Shown: positions 12,351 through 23,900 of the stretch, piece by piece | Layout of the letters: each line of letters opens with the position of its first letter | Numbering within the stretch: the first letter of the stretch is position 1 | Assembly (NCBI GenBank): GCA_964036045.1 | Contig: OZ038379.1 | Coordinates: forward strand, 76,632,001 to 76,696,000 | Length of the DNA: 64,000 bases | Origin: Eutreptiella sp. 'Long Island Sound 2002' | Taxonomy: Eukaryota; Protista; Euglenida | Reading direction: 5' to 3' | Translations under genes and position numbers: made by a program | Notes under the pieces: model-generated | What the model saw: only the letters and a program-made list of their open reading frames with translations | Database searches by the model: none | What the model was told of the DNA's origin: nothing

Positions 12351-14503
12351 TCATACCTGGTTCGGTTCGCGTCGTCGGCCGACATGGTCAAAGGCAGAAA
12401 AAGAGGTCCGACAAAAAATAGTGAGTACGCCGACACATCCAAGTGGTCCTCACCGACTTATTGCAGCCTTGCCCCCGTGACTGTCAGACGGGGTGCAGGA
12501 GTTCTGGACAGGCTTGCCCTTTTTGACACAGTGAGGCAAATCAAGGGGAATCCAGCAAAAGGGAATGCGGAAATCATGCTGAGCAGCCGGGGATGCGGCC
12601 AACCAGATACTGATCCAACCAAACCTGCGGCATTGTAGCAGAGGAGGCTTTGGTACCACTGGCCTTACCCAGGAGGCGGTCAGGTACCACAACCGGCTGG
12701 CATTCCTTATTCATGGCCAAAGCGGAGGTGGCCAACATTGTGCCACGCGCACTCAACTCAAGGTGAACGTGGACATCCTGCGCCGGTCCCTGATGAAATC
12801 CCACGATCTCGAGTCAGTGGTGTCACCCTCAGTGGCCACCGCCGACAAGGGACCCAGACCTGAAGGCGCCCTTATCATGGTCGGGACCCAGGAGACGACA
12901 AGGAGGACAGAGTGCAGGAATTGCAGGGGCTCATCGTCGCCGAGCTTTGTCCAGCGCGAGAAGGAGGAGGCTCGGCGGGTCTGATGGGAGGCCAAGCTGA
13001 AGGAGACCCTGGAGCTGATAGAGACGCACGGCCACACAATCAGATGGTGCGGGGGGCCAAGTCCCTGGATGCCATCGAGGAAGTTGTCTGCAAGATCGCC
13101 GCCTGCAAATCTGCTTGCAGGGATGCACACGGCTGAAGCCCGGTCTGCCGTCTGCGGCGGCAATTGGATCCGCTTGGTTCAGAGCCCGCAAGAGCCGCCG
13201 CATCAGCCAGCCAGGCACTGTCGCCTGTTCTGTCAAAGCAAGCAACTGGGGACGACTCCATGGCATTCCACGAAGGCGTCCATCGCCGGTTTTCTGCCAG
13301 GGAGCACTTCAAAACCATGAGGTGCGATAGGGAGGTTGAGTGACAAGCAACATCTGCTCCATCAGCCCATCACACCCAGCCCCCTGCAGCATCAACCCCA
13401 TCAGTCGGTCAAGCCTAAGCCCCCTGCAGCATTTACTCCTTCAGCCCATCACGGCCAGGCCCCGGCAGCATCTACTCCCTCAGTCCATCACGCCCAGCGC
13501 CCGGCAACATCCACTTCATCAGATCACCACAAGTTGTTGAGGAGCTCATGGAGATGGATGAGGAGGCGGCTGCAATGATGAGTTCGGGTCCCCGGCCGCC
13601 AGTCCCCAGTCCAGGCGCCGGCGGCCGGTTAACACTGGTGGAGGAGTTGCCGAGCGTCAAGATTGTCTCGGAACCCCCGTCCCCGAACCTGGAGGACGCC
13701 CCAAGCGAGCGTGTGGGAGTGGAGAGGCGGCTGCCCCAGTTGGAGTGGGAGACCAAGATCCTCTGGTTTCAGGCCATCGTGGCCAAGCAAACGCTGAAGA
13801 AGCACATGAAGCACATCTGCCATTTGGACCCGACTATGCGCGCGATGTGCGAGTTGATCGTCGAGTCGCGCTCAAGTGAAGAAGAAGCGCGCAGCCCGAC
13901 CCAGAAGCCCACTGGTCCGAGCCCGCAGGTGGGACTACCTGTGCCCCTGGAGATGATCATTAGTTAACAGCCATTCTCCAAGCCAACAGCGCACTCAGTC
14001 CAAACCGCCGGAGCAACGGCAAGGGTATGCCAATCCTCCAGAGGCACTACCCTCACCACCGGCAGCTCTCATGGCCGGTGAGCCATTTCCCGTCCCCTCG
14101 CCTGCGCACCGACTTCGGGAGCAGCGGGATGCTCGACATGGCTATAGCCACCAACAGCATCACCACCAGCATCCTGTCCATCAGATTGCGCCCATTCGTG
14201 GATACCTTCATGGTGGACGTAGGCCTAACCAATGGAGCCATCGTGCCTTCAATTACATGCCAGCGGCTCCGTTCGAGGGAAGCATGCTGGGATCTGTCCC
14301 GGGCCGCCACAGGGAGTCGGGCAGAGCATGCTCAGAGAACCAACAGTGGCAGAGGCGCACGCTCCGAGGCCAAATCCGGGCCATTTGCAGCCCAACACCT
14401 TGGACGTTGGCCTCAGCGGTGTGCAAGTCCCAGCGCAAGGGGGTTACCTGCCCTTGAGGGACCTCCCCCCCCATATGTCGCTGACACTGAGGTTGGCGCA
14501 TAA

Positions 14504-15909
14504 GGTGTGCGACAGCCCCTGTCCACCGAGGCAGCCGTCAACGCCCTGCACGTGCAGACGTACAGACAGAATGTGTGGATTGCGCCCAGGGCAAAAGGGA
14601 CTGCAGCAGCCCCCGCCGTGCTGGCCAACGGATTGGTCGAGGCGCAGATCGCCCAGCTCATGGCCAATATCCCCATGCCCAAGTACAGCGGCGACCCGCA
14701 GGAATGGGATAATTTTGAGCGGACGTGGAATAACCACATCAACAACTGAACCGCGGGGTGCAGCAATGCCTGCAGCTGTTCTGCATCTCCATGCTCCCCC
14801 ACTATGTCTTGACCAAGTTGACGAACGAGCTCGACAACTGGGTGGAGGATGGAAAGATCTCCACAGGGATGTCCCGTGCCTTCCACAAAGAAGAGATAGC
14901 CGATCTCCCGCACCATGCCCAGGGCGGGTTCCAGCCTGTGTTGCTGAGGACGTTGGGGGGCCACATCTGGGTGGCAGATGGGCGGGAGTTCTGCCGGGAG
15001 TACCGCTAGTTGAGGCGATATGTTGAGCGATGGAAGGAGGAGTTGGAAAGCAGCCCGGGGCTGCGACATGCCACCATAGCAGTGGCCGGAGAAGATCCAG
15101 GCGGAGGAGCAGAAGCGAGGCCGCACCAAACAGTTGTTAACGTCCTCCTACCCCAGCAGCAGCACCAGGGGTTGCTACAGTGGATCAACTGCTGGGCGAC
15201 CGGGCACTACCGGTTCGATACCATGAAGAACCCCCTGATGATTACCATGGAGGACCGCGGGATGGGCGAGAGGCTCAAGGCCATGGACAGGGTCAAGTGG
15301 ACCACGGGCATGCTGCAGGTCCAGGCCATCAACCCGCAGATGACTGCAGACGAGATAATGGACTTAATCAGCGGGAAAATGACCCTGCGGCTCCGCAAGG
15401 AGGCCCAAGATCACGAACCTGGAGGCCAACGGAACTGGGTCCAGTGTGACTTTCGGCAAATGGAAGCGGCCATCGCTGAGAGTAGCACCTCGACTAAACA
15501 GGACATGCCAAAGGGCAGTGGTGGTACACCTGATGTCAGAAGAGTCAAGCCCCAGAGTCCGTACACTGAAGTTGTAGTACAAGCAGTGGGCGCCATACTG
15601 GCTGAAGTGTACGGTGTACAATCCACCAGCCAGAAAAATGCAACCCAAAAGTGGCAGGAGCCAGGCTACTGCCGTACCCCACCGCTATTGTTCCCGGAGT
15701 ACCCTGAACGACATGGGGGTCAAGACGGCAAGGTGGATGTTTCCTCTGCTACGGGCGGAACCGTGATCATCAGCATGATCATACCCGCTGTGAGGTGGCC
15801 AAGAGCAAAAAGGCAAAGTACTTCCAGCGTCATCCCAAAAAAGTCCCACAGCGTGATCCCCGCCAACGTGGCCAGATTGACGCTAACGGGGACTGCTACG
15901 CCGAGCTGA
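14504..15909 (+). pseudogene. gag-like region (stops and frameshifts)
   Basis: IPMPKYSGDPQEWDNFERTW resembles the retrotransposon gag capsid N-terminal motif. Confidence 0.7.
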
Positions 15910-16199
15910 TGGTGCAGGTCTAGGATTGGCGCAACCATCTTGTAAACCTGAAGCCACAGGGATGCTCGGGGCCCAAGGCCTAGAGAGGCCCCTGTGGTGA
16001 CGGGTCCCCACAACTGGTGATCCCCTACTCTTCTCATCAGGAGAGACCCCGTCACTCCTGAAAAAACACTTTCTGCGGATGAAGCCACTGCAGGGCTCGA
16101 CACAGGACCCAGACAGTAATTGCCTGCCAAGCCGGATCATACAGATCCTGATGAATCCTGCCACCCTTCAGTTGCATGCCAGGTCAACAAAGATCGCCA

Positions 16200-16590
16200 T
16201 TTGCACCTCAGGGTGGGAGGGGTAGGCAGCGCCATCAAGCAGGGGATCTTGGAGATCCTTGTGCACACCGGAACACAAATAAGCCTGGTGCGCAACGGGC
16301 TGCTGAGTGCCCTATACTTGCGCCTCAGGGCCGCGCCGGTCACCCTCAGAGTGGCCAATGGCAGAATCATGATGGGCGGAATTGACGGGGCCGGGATCAG
16401 CCTAGAATTCGTCTGCCAGAAGCAGTTGTCGCGCTGAGATCTTGGTCACGGACACCAGATCAAGGGGCTGTTCTGCGAAGCAGACCCGCCGGAGGGGGAT
16501 ATGATCATGGGTTTTGTCCTCCTGGACATGACACGCGCCGGGGTTCTTCCCCACAGGCGCACCCTGCTCGTGGAAGAAGCCGACAAGCTC
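16200..16590 (+). pseudogene. Retropepsin aspartic protease (catalytic DTG read as HTG; frameshifted)
   Basis: ILEILVHTGTQISLVR...VTLRVANG...DMIMGFVLLD. Confidence 0.85.
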
Positions 16591-16704
16591 AGCTGGCTCA
16601 GCACATCCATGGAGGCTCAGTCGTCTCCGTGGGAACCAGCCGAGAGGGATGTCCTGGCTCAATCCATGAGCAGTGTGTCGACAAGACCCCGCACAGCTGA
16701 CATC

Positions 16705-17133
16705 GAGGATGAGTATGGGCTATCCAAGGGTGCCTTTCAGATGGCACTTGGTGAGCTGGGGCTGGGCACCCCTCAGGCGAACGTGTTTGGCAGCGCACCA
16801 CTGCCAAAGTGCCTCAGGGTCTGGACCAAGGAGAACAATGGATGGAAGCGTGGGTGGGGCAGCAATCTCTTGGATCTGCTGTATATCCATGCTCCCCGTA
16901 GCTGTTTGGAGGTGGGGGCGAAGATTGTCTGCCAGCGCGCCCGCGCTGTGGTGACCATCCCCTCGTTGGAGGTCGAGGACGCCAAGGATGCTGGATGGGT
17001 GGAGGATCTAAGGTGTATGACCCTGATCGACACCCAACTCCCGTCAATCGAGGACATCTACGCGGACGCCCACGGGATCCCGTTGCCACCACCTGCCGAG
17101 GGTTGGACCACAACTGTCGCATATGTGGATGGG
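16705..17133 (+). pseudogene. Dam-like (N6-adenine methyltransferase-type) domain between PR and RT; NPPF/Y motif degenerate
   Basis: EDEYGLSKGAF..TPQANVF..WTKENNGWKRGWG..LYIHAP..KIVCQRARAVVTIP..WVEDLRCM..DIYAD..PLPPP..WTTTVAYVDG parallels the motif order of the DIRS-associated MT domain. Confidence 0.6.
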
Positions 17134-17879
17134 TGTTTGGCCCACCCTGATCGCAACATGGGGATGTCCTCCATTAGGTCGGGGGTGCGGCTGGAGGAAT
17201 GTACCATTGTGGACCGCCCCAACTGCATCATCAGCCGCATAATGGCTCTACTGGTATGCTATGGGGAGGAGACAGCCGATGGCTCGAATTTTCCGCCGAG
17301 GATGGCACAGGATGCCTTGTCACCGCATGAGCTGGAGCTGGTGTGCGGGTATATGTCCAACCCCATATACCTCGGAGTCCCATTCAAGGCACCATTCACC
17401 AAGTCCTGGTGGGAAGACCCGGCGCTCCTTATGGGACGCATCACGAGGAATTAGTTCGTGGTGTCTGTGCTGGAGCACTGGGCAGACCAGGACAAACCAG
17501 CGGGCTCCAATCCACCAACCTCGGGCGATCTGGACCATCCCACACGACGCGATCACCAACCACAACGCACAGCCCACCGTCGCCAAAATTTTCAAGACGC
17601 AGTCATGACCTGCGGGGGCAACGACCGTGAGACGGGGGTGCCCGACTCAGGGACGCCGGAGTCAGGGCACGCGAAAGTGATTTCGGTGGTCAACGTGTGC
17701 AAGAACGCCAAGTCATTGGCGGACCACCCCAAGTTAAAAGCCAAGATGGATGAGATCTTCAAGATCTACGGAGACCTTCTCGCTGGCAAGCCCTGCAAGA
17801 ACCCGCCTGTGAGGGGGGCGTTCAGAGAGGCCACAATACCCACGGAGCAAGCATACCGGCCCTGATGTCACCGCCACTT

Positions 17880-18770
17880 CTAGATGAAGAAAAAGCGCGA
17901 GCAGGCCATGATCAAGATCCCGAAGGAGTTCACTGAGCGGGCTGGATCAAGCTGTGCTCCATTGAGTTGGGCTCCCCCTGCTTTGTCGTCTTGAAGAAGG
18001 TGGCGGGTGAGTTGAGGCTTGTCGTGGACTACCGTGATCTCAATTTGGAGTCCCACCACGACACCTACCCCCTGCCCCTCATCGACAACCTGCTCCAGAA
18101 GCAGCAACACATTCAGATCTTCATCGTCCTGCACCTCAGGCACACATATCACCAAATGCTGGTTGCAAAGAGCTCTCAGGACGCCACCGCCATGTCGTTC
18201 CCCCTTGGGCTCATGCGCTGATAACTGATGTGCATGGGGCTGATGACCGGCAACACACAGTTCCAGTGCATGACGGAGCATCATCTCCGAGAGTTGGACT
18301 TCGCAGATGCGTTCGTTGACGACATCATTGTCTCCAGCAGTACGTTAGGGGTGACAAATGCCCAGCTGATTGAGGGAATCTTCCTGGATGTCCGTCAACC
18401 CGTTGATGTCCTCCAGAAGCAGCAGTTGATGTGCAACGGTGCAAGCGCAGTTTTCCCACCACAGAGGTGGAGTTCGCGGGACAGGTCGTGGGCCACGGAA
18501 TTCGTCGTCCGACTCTGTGTAAGGTGGCGTCTGTCGCCCCCCCGGAATGACCCAAGAACATCACCAAGATGAGGGCGCTCCTGGGATTTTGCGTCTACTA
18601 CTCTGCGTACACGCAGATGTGGGCCGAGCATGCAGCCCCCCTGACCAAGCTGCTGCACGTGGGCTATGAGGATGGCACGAGGAGGAGCAAGAAGGCATTA
18701 GCCTGGACCCCCGAGTCAGAAAACTTGTTGGATGAGATGAACTTGCTCTGCTCGAACCCTTCAAGCTACA
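17880..18770 (+). pseudogene. LTR-type reverse transcriptase (stops and frameshifts)
   Basis: SPCFVVLKKVAGELRLVVDYRDLN..DTYPLPLIDNLL..AFVDDIIVSS..RALLGFCVYY. Confidence 0.95.
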
Positions 18771-18779
18771 TGTTTTGAT

Positions 18780-19156
18780 CAAGACAAGGGATTCGTTCTC
18801 AGGACTGACGCCTCGAAATGCCCGGTCGAGGCAATCTCGCCGCAGGTCGAGGAGGATGGGAGCCATGTCTCTGTGGCGTTTTGGAGCCGAGTCCTTGCCG
18901 CAGGTCAGGGAAGAAAGTGGACGCCGCGGGAGAAGGAGGGATACGCCATTGTCCGCACGTTGTGCAAGTGGGCGGGCCACCTGAAACTGATGCTCCTGAC
19001 GGTGTGGACTGACCATGATTCGCTGCAGTCCTGGCACAAGGAGCATTTGGACGCGCCGTCAGGTCTTGCGGCGCGCCGTGTACGATGGCACGAAAAGTAG
19101 CGAAGTTTGACCTGACGGTGACGTATGTGCCGGGCCGGCTCAAGACAGTGGCAGAC
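18780..19156 (+). pseudogene. Ty3/gypsy RNase H, interrupted in the VAD/CLxR motif
   Basis: LRTDASK..VAFWSRVL..WTPREKEGYAIV..VWTDHDSL..RRVRWHE..KTVAD. Confidence 0.9.
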
Positions 19157-19826
19157 TGTAATACGCCAGGGCATTTAGGCCTCTCAGAAGCTTTTTACAG
19201 GATCTCTACTTGACCTCTCAGAGTTTCAAGATTGTAGATTACTAGGTTATTTGCTCATATTTGGCTCATATTCCAAGCCTATAGCTTACTGCTAGATTCT
19301 ACTGCTCTTAGGTACACTACAGAGAGTAGAGATCTAGGATAAATTAGTAGCTATACATGAATAACCACATTCCATATGCTTATAATGTGATTTAATCATG
19401 TTCCATGACATTATGGAAGATTCTAATGTACTAGAAGCTATTTTGAAGTTATTTCGAAGCTTCAGATGGCCTGTCGCAACTGTCGCCGTCTTTTGTCGCC
19501 GACAGCGATTTACGCAATCTTGACAGGGCCTGTGACTCAATAGACGTCTCAGAAAGTTGGTGAAATTTACGTTTTATTGACTTTTTAATGAGAATTTATT
19601 GTTACATCAATTCCCTTGTTATTTGAGCATGTGAACCCGTATTACTGGACCAGCTAGTTGGTCCAGCTCAATATTCTTTCACGATTTCATCTTCTTGATG
19701 TTGCCTGCTTTGTGCTTGCCAAGAGAATCAATTGGAACGGGGAAATTCATTAAAAACAATTTCATTTTGAAGTGCAAGACAATGACAAAAGGGTTCTTCG
19801 TGCACCCTATTTACAAGCACAATACA
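19157..19826 (+). repeat. 5' LTR (670 bp) of the nested element
   Basis: TG..CA ends; homologous to 36221-36694 plus 38238-38420. Confidence 0.88.
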
Positions 19827-20957
19827 GTCCAGTGATCTCAAGCTCCAGCAGGAGGACAACGACGAACACGACGCGCAGCAGCTGGGCCAGCGAACGCTGT
19901 TCAAGTAAAGTGAGTTCCTTGCTTGAATTTATCAAAGCGTTTGAGAAACCTTCGGGTCTTGAAGGTATACTTCTTCCTATGGTCAAAGAGCCTTCATATA
20001 AAATTGGAAAGTCGAAGAGCGTAGCGGAAAGCGACCTTTACGATAAGATGACGACGCCAGAGGCTGCAGAAAAGTTCGAAAAGGGCTCCAGTGGGTTTAT
20101 TTCATTGAGTTTGGTGAAGATTTGGAAGAATTTTTAGTTAACAAGAAGTTTCAAATATGTGGTGAACTTGGACAACTCAAAGCAACTTGCCAGAGCTTCA
20201 GCGGCGACGACGACGACCTCTACAACAACGACGTGTTGCGAGAGCGCTTCCAGCGATCTTCTGCAGGCTCTCTTGAGGCTCTTTGAGGACTAGGGCCATT
20301 GATTGTGTTGCTTTTGTTTGGCACCTTTTGCATACTTGTGGTGGTGCTTAACAAAGCGTTACTTCTCCTTGCTTACGGTCCTACTAGTTGACCCTGTGTC
20401 AAGGGAAGGGGCAACAAGGACAATCGGTGACTATGAAACCCCACCCCAGTCACAGTTGACTCTCTTTGGAGCCCAAAAGCTTTGAAATCCTTATAATCTC
20501 TTCCCATTCTTTGATGAGCCAAAAGGCAAAAAAATTTCGAAAAAAGCCTACCTCATTTCACGCGTATGTTCACGTCAGTGCATCAAAACGCGCGAACGAA
20601 AGCGCCATTGTGAAGTAGACAGCGTCAGCTTTAAAATACAACTTTCACTTTGTTTCAAGCCGACAAGGGCTTTCTTCCGTGATTTTTCCAAATGCCCCAT
20701 GAATCACTTTTTGCCCAACCCTCTAAAACACCAAAAATTGCAATTTGGTGTTTTGCGCATATCTTCACGCCATTATGCTGAAAACCTCTGAACCAAGCAT
20801 TTTCGAAAGGTACACAGTGGCTTGCTTCTATTGCATACTTACTCCTCTGTAATGCATTTTTGAGGAATTTTTCCGATCCCCAACAATGTCACCCATGAAC
20901 CACAACCCAAAAACCCCTCAAACGTGCCTTTTGTGCTTCCTTCATATCTCCATGAGA
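19592..20957 (+). repeat. Copy 1 of a 1366-bp direct duplication (LTR 3' part plus leader); partner 26918-28283
   Basis: Colinear from GAATTTATTG to CATATCTCCATGAGA; the two copies have the same length. Confidence 0.92.
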
Positions 20958-23900
20958 GGTAGGTAGGTAGGTGCACTCGGTCGTGGAGAGGCGCCCCAAG
21001 GTTCCCCCTGGCGTCGCCCCTGTGACGAACCGGAGGAGGTTCCGCGCGTGAAGAGGGGAGGCGGCTTACTTCCCGCTACACCTGACTGGTGGCCCCCAAC
21101 AAAGCGGCCCCGGGCAACACCGGGAGGGCTGATCGCCGACAGCACCACTGCTTGTCTTGCCGGGAGGGTCAGCCCCCGTGCTTGCGCACGTCCCCTCCTT
21201 TGGGCGGAACCCTAGGGGTTCACCGGACTTCCTGGCGTATGCATGCATGTTCTTGGTACTGGGGTTCCGAGGTGCTTGGGTGTCACACGCTCTGCCTCGA
21301 GTCCCAAAGCAGCGCAGGCCTTAGGGTGCAGCCTTACCCCCGGTCTCCAGATCTTGTTTGGCCGGGTCACCTGCATGGCACGGGCTGCCTCAGTGCCCGG
21401 GCTATGGACACTGGGTTTCCTACTGATGCGTGGCGCTTGTGTTTGGTTCTGGGTTGTGGTTGGGTGGCACGGGTGCGCGGTGTGGGTGTGTGTGTTTGGG
21501 CTCGGGTTTCGGCTGCGCCCCGCCACTCCTGGCTGGGGTGTTGGGCTGTGTGCGTGCTCCGCCTGCACCCAGCCACTCCTGGCACGGGTGCGCAGTGTGG
21601 GTGTGTTTGTTTGGGCTCGGGTTTCGGCTGCGCCCCGCCACTCCTGGCCCGGGTGTTGGGCTTTGTGCGTGCTCCGCTTGCTCCCAGCCAATCCTGGCAC
21701 GGGTGCGAGGTGTGGGTGTGTGTGTTTGGGCTCGGGTTTCCGCTGCGCCCCGCCACTCCTGGCTGGGGTCTGGGGGTGTGTGTGCGCTTGTGTTTGCGCT
21801 CCGCTTGTACCCTGCCACTTCTGGCTGGGGTGTGCGGTGTGGGTGTGTGTGGTTGGGTTCGGGTTCCGGCTGCGCCCCGCCACTCCTGGCTGGGGTGTCG
21901 GGGTTTGTGTCTGCTTGTGTGCGCGCTCCGCTTGCACCCCGCCACTCCTGGCAGGGGTGTGCGGCGTGGGTGTGTGTGCTTCGGCTCGGGTTTCGGCTGC
22001 GCCCCGCCCCTCCTGGCTGGGGTGTTGGGGTGTCTGTGTGCTCGTGTGCGCGCTCCGCTTGCACCCAGCCACTCCTGGCACGGGTGTGCGGTGTGGGTGT
22101 GTGTGTTTGGGCTCAGGTTTCGGTTGCGCCCCGCAACTCCTGGCTGGGGTGTGGGTTGTGGGTGTGTGTGCTCGGGCTCGGGTTTTTGGCTGCGCCCCGC
22201 CACTTCTGGCTGAGGTGTTGGGCTGTGTCTGTGCTCGTGTGCGCGCTCCGCGTGCACCCAGCCACTCCTGGCTTGGGTGCTCGGTGTGGGTGTGTGTGTG
22301 TGGGCTCGGGTTTCGGCTGCGCCCCGCCACTCCTGGCTGGGGTGTTGGGCTGTGTGTGGGCTCGTGTGCGCGCTTCGCTTGCACCCGGCCACTCCTGGCA
22401 CGGGTGCGCCGTGGGGGTGTGTGTGTTTGGGCTCGGGTTTTGGCTGCGCCCCGCCACTCCTGGCTGGGGTGTTGGGCTGTGTGTATGCTCGTGTGTGCGC
22501 TCCGCTTCTACCCAGCCACTCCTGGCACGGGTGCGCGGTGTGGGTGTGTGTGTTTGGGCTCAGGTTTCGGCTGCGCCCCGCCACTCCTGGTTCGGGTGTT
22601 GGGCTGTGTGCGTGCTCCGCTTGCACCCAGCCACTCCTGGCACGGGTGAACGGTGTGGGTGTGTGTGTGTGGGCTCGGGTTTCGGCTGCGCCCTGCCAGT
22701 CCTGGCTGGGGTGTTGGGCTGTTTGCGTGCTCTGCTTGCACCGAGCCACTCCTGGCACGGGTGCGCGGTGTTGGTGTGTGTGTTTGGGCTCGGGTTTCGG
22801 CTGCGCCCCGCCACTCCTGACTTGGGTGTTGAGCTGTGTGTGTGCTCTGCTTGCACCCAGCCACTCCTGGCACGGGAGCGCGGTGTGGGTGTGTGTGTTT
22901 GGGCTCCAGTTTCGGCTGCGCCCCGCCACTCCTGGCTGGGGTGTTGGGCTGTGTGCGTGCTCCGCTTGCACCCAGCCACTCCTGGAACGGGTGCGCGGTG
23001 TGGGTGTGTGTGTTTGGGCTCGGGTTTCGGCTGCAGCCCGCCACTCCTGGCTGGGGTGTTGGGCTGTGTGCGTGCTTCTCTTGCACCCAGCCACTCCTGG
23101 CACGGGTGCGCGGTGTGCGTGTGTGTGTTTGGGCTCGGGTTTCGGGTGCACCCCGCCACTCCTGGCTTGGGTGTTGGGCTGTGTGCGTGCTCCGCATGCA
23201 CCCAGCCACTCCTGGCACGGGTGCGCGGTGTGGGTGTGTGTCTTTGGGCTCGGGTTTCGGCTGCGCCCCGCCATTCCTGGCTGGGGTGTTGGGCTGTGTG
23301 TGTGCTCCGCTTGCACCCAGCCACTCCTGGCACGGGTGCGCGGTGTGGGTGTGTGTGTTTGGGCTCGGGTTTTATCTGCGCCCCGCCACTCCTGGCTGGG
23401 GTGTTGGGCTGTGTGCGTGCTCCGCTTGCACCCAGCCACTCCTGGCACGGGTGCGCGGTGTAGGTGTGTGTGTTTGGGCTCCAGTTTCGGCTGCGCCCCG
23501 CCACTCCTGTCTGAGGTGTTGGGCTGTGTGTGTGCTCGGCTTGCACCCAGCCACTCCTGGCACGGGTGCGCGGTGTGGATGTGTGTGTTTGGGCTCGGGT
23601 TTCAGCTGCGCCCCGCCACTCCTGGCTGTGGTGTTGGGCTGTGTGTATGCTCCGCTTGCACCCAGCCACTCCTGGCACGGGTGCGCGGTGTGGGTGTGTG
23701 TGTTTGGGCTCGGGTTTTGGCTGCGCCCCGCCACTCCTGGCTGGGGTGTTGGGCTGTGTGCGTGCTCCGATTGCACCCAGCCACTCCTGGCACGGGTGCG
23801 CGGTGTGGGTGTGTGTGTTTGGGCGCGGGTTTGGGCTGCGCCCCGCCACTCCTGGCTGGGGTGTGCGTTGTGGGTGTGTGTGCTCGGGCTCGGGTTTTTG

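Larger units (their letters stand above)
12380..19156 (+). mobile_element. Decayed Ty3/gypsy LTR retrotransposon, left half (upstream ORF relic, gag, PR, MT-like domain, RT, RNase H)
   Basis: Domain order gag (PKYSGDPQEWDNF), PR, RT (FVDD), RH (TDAS..WTDH). The integrase continues at 38421. The 5' boundary is approximate and no 5' LTR was found. Confidence 0.9.
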
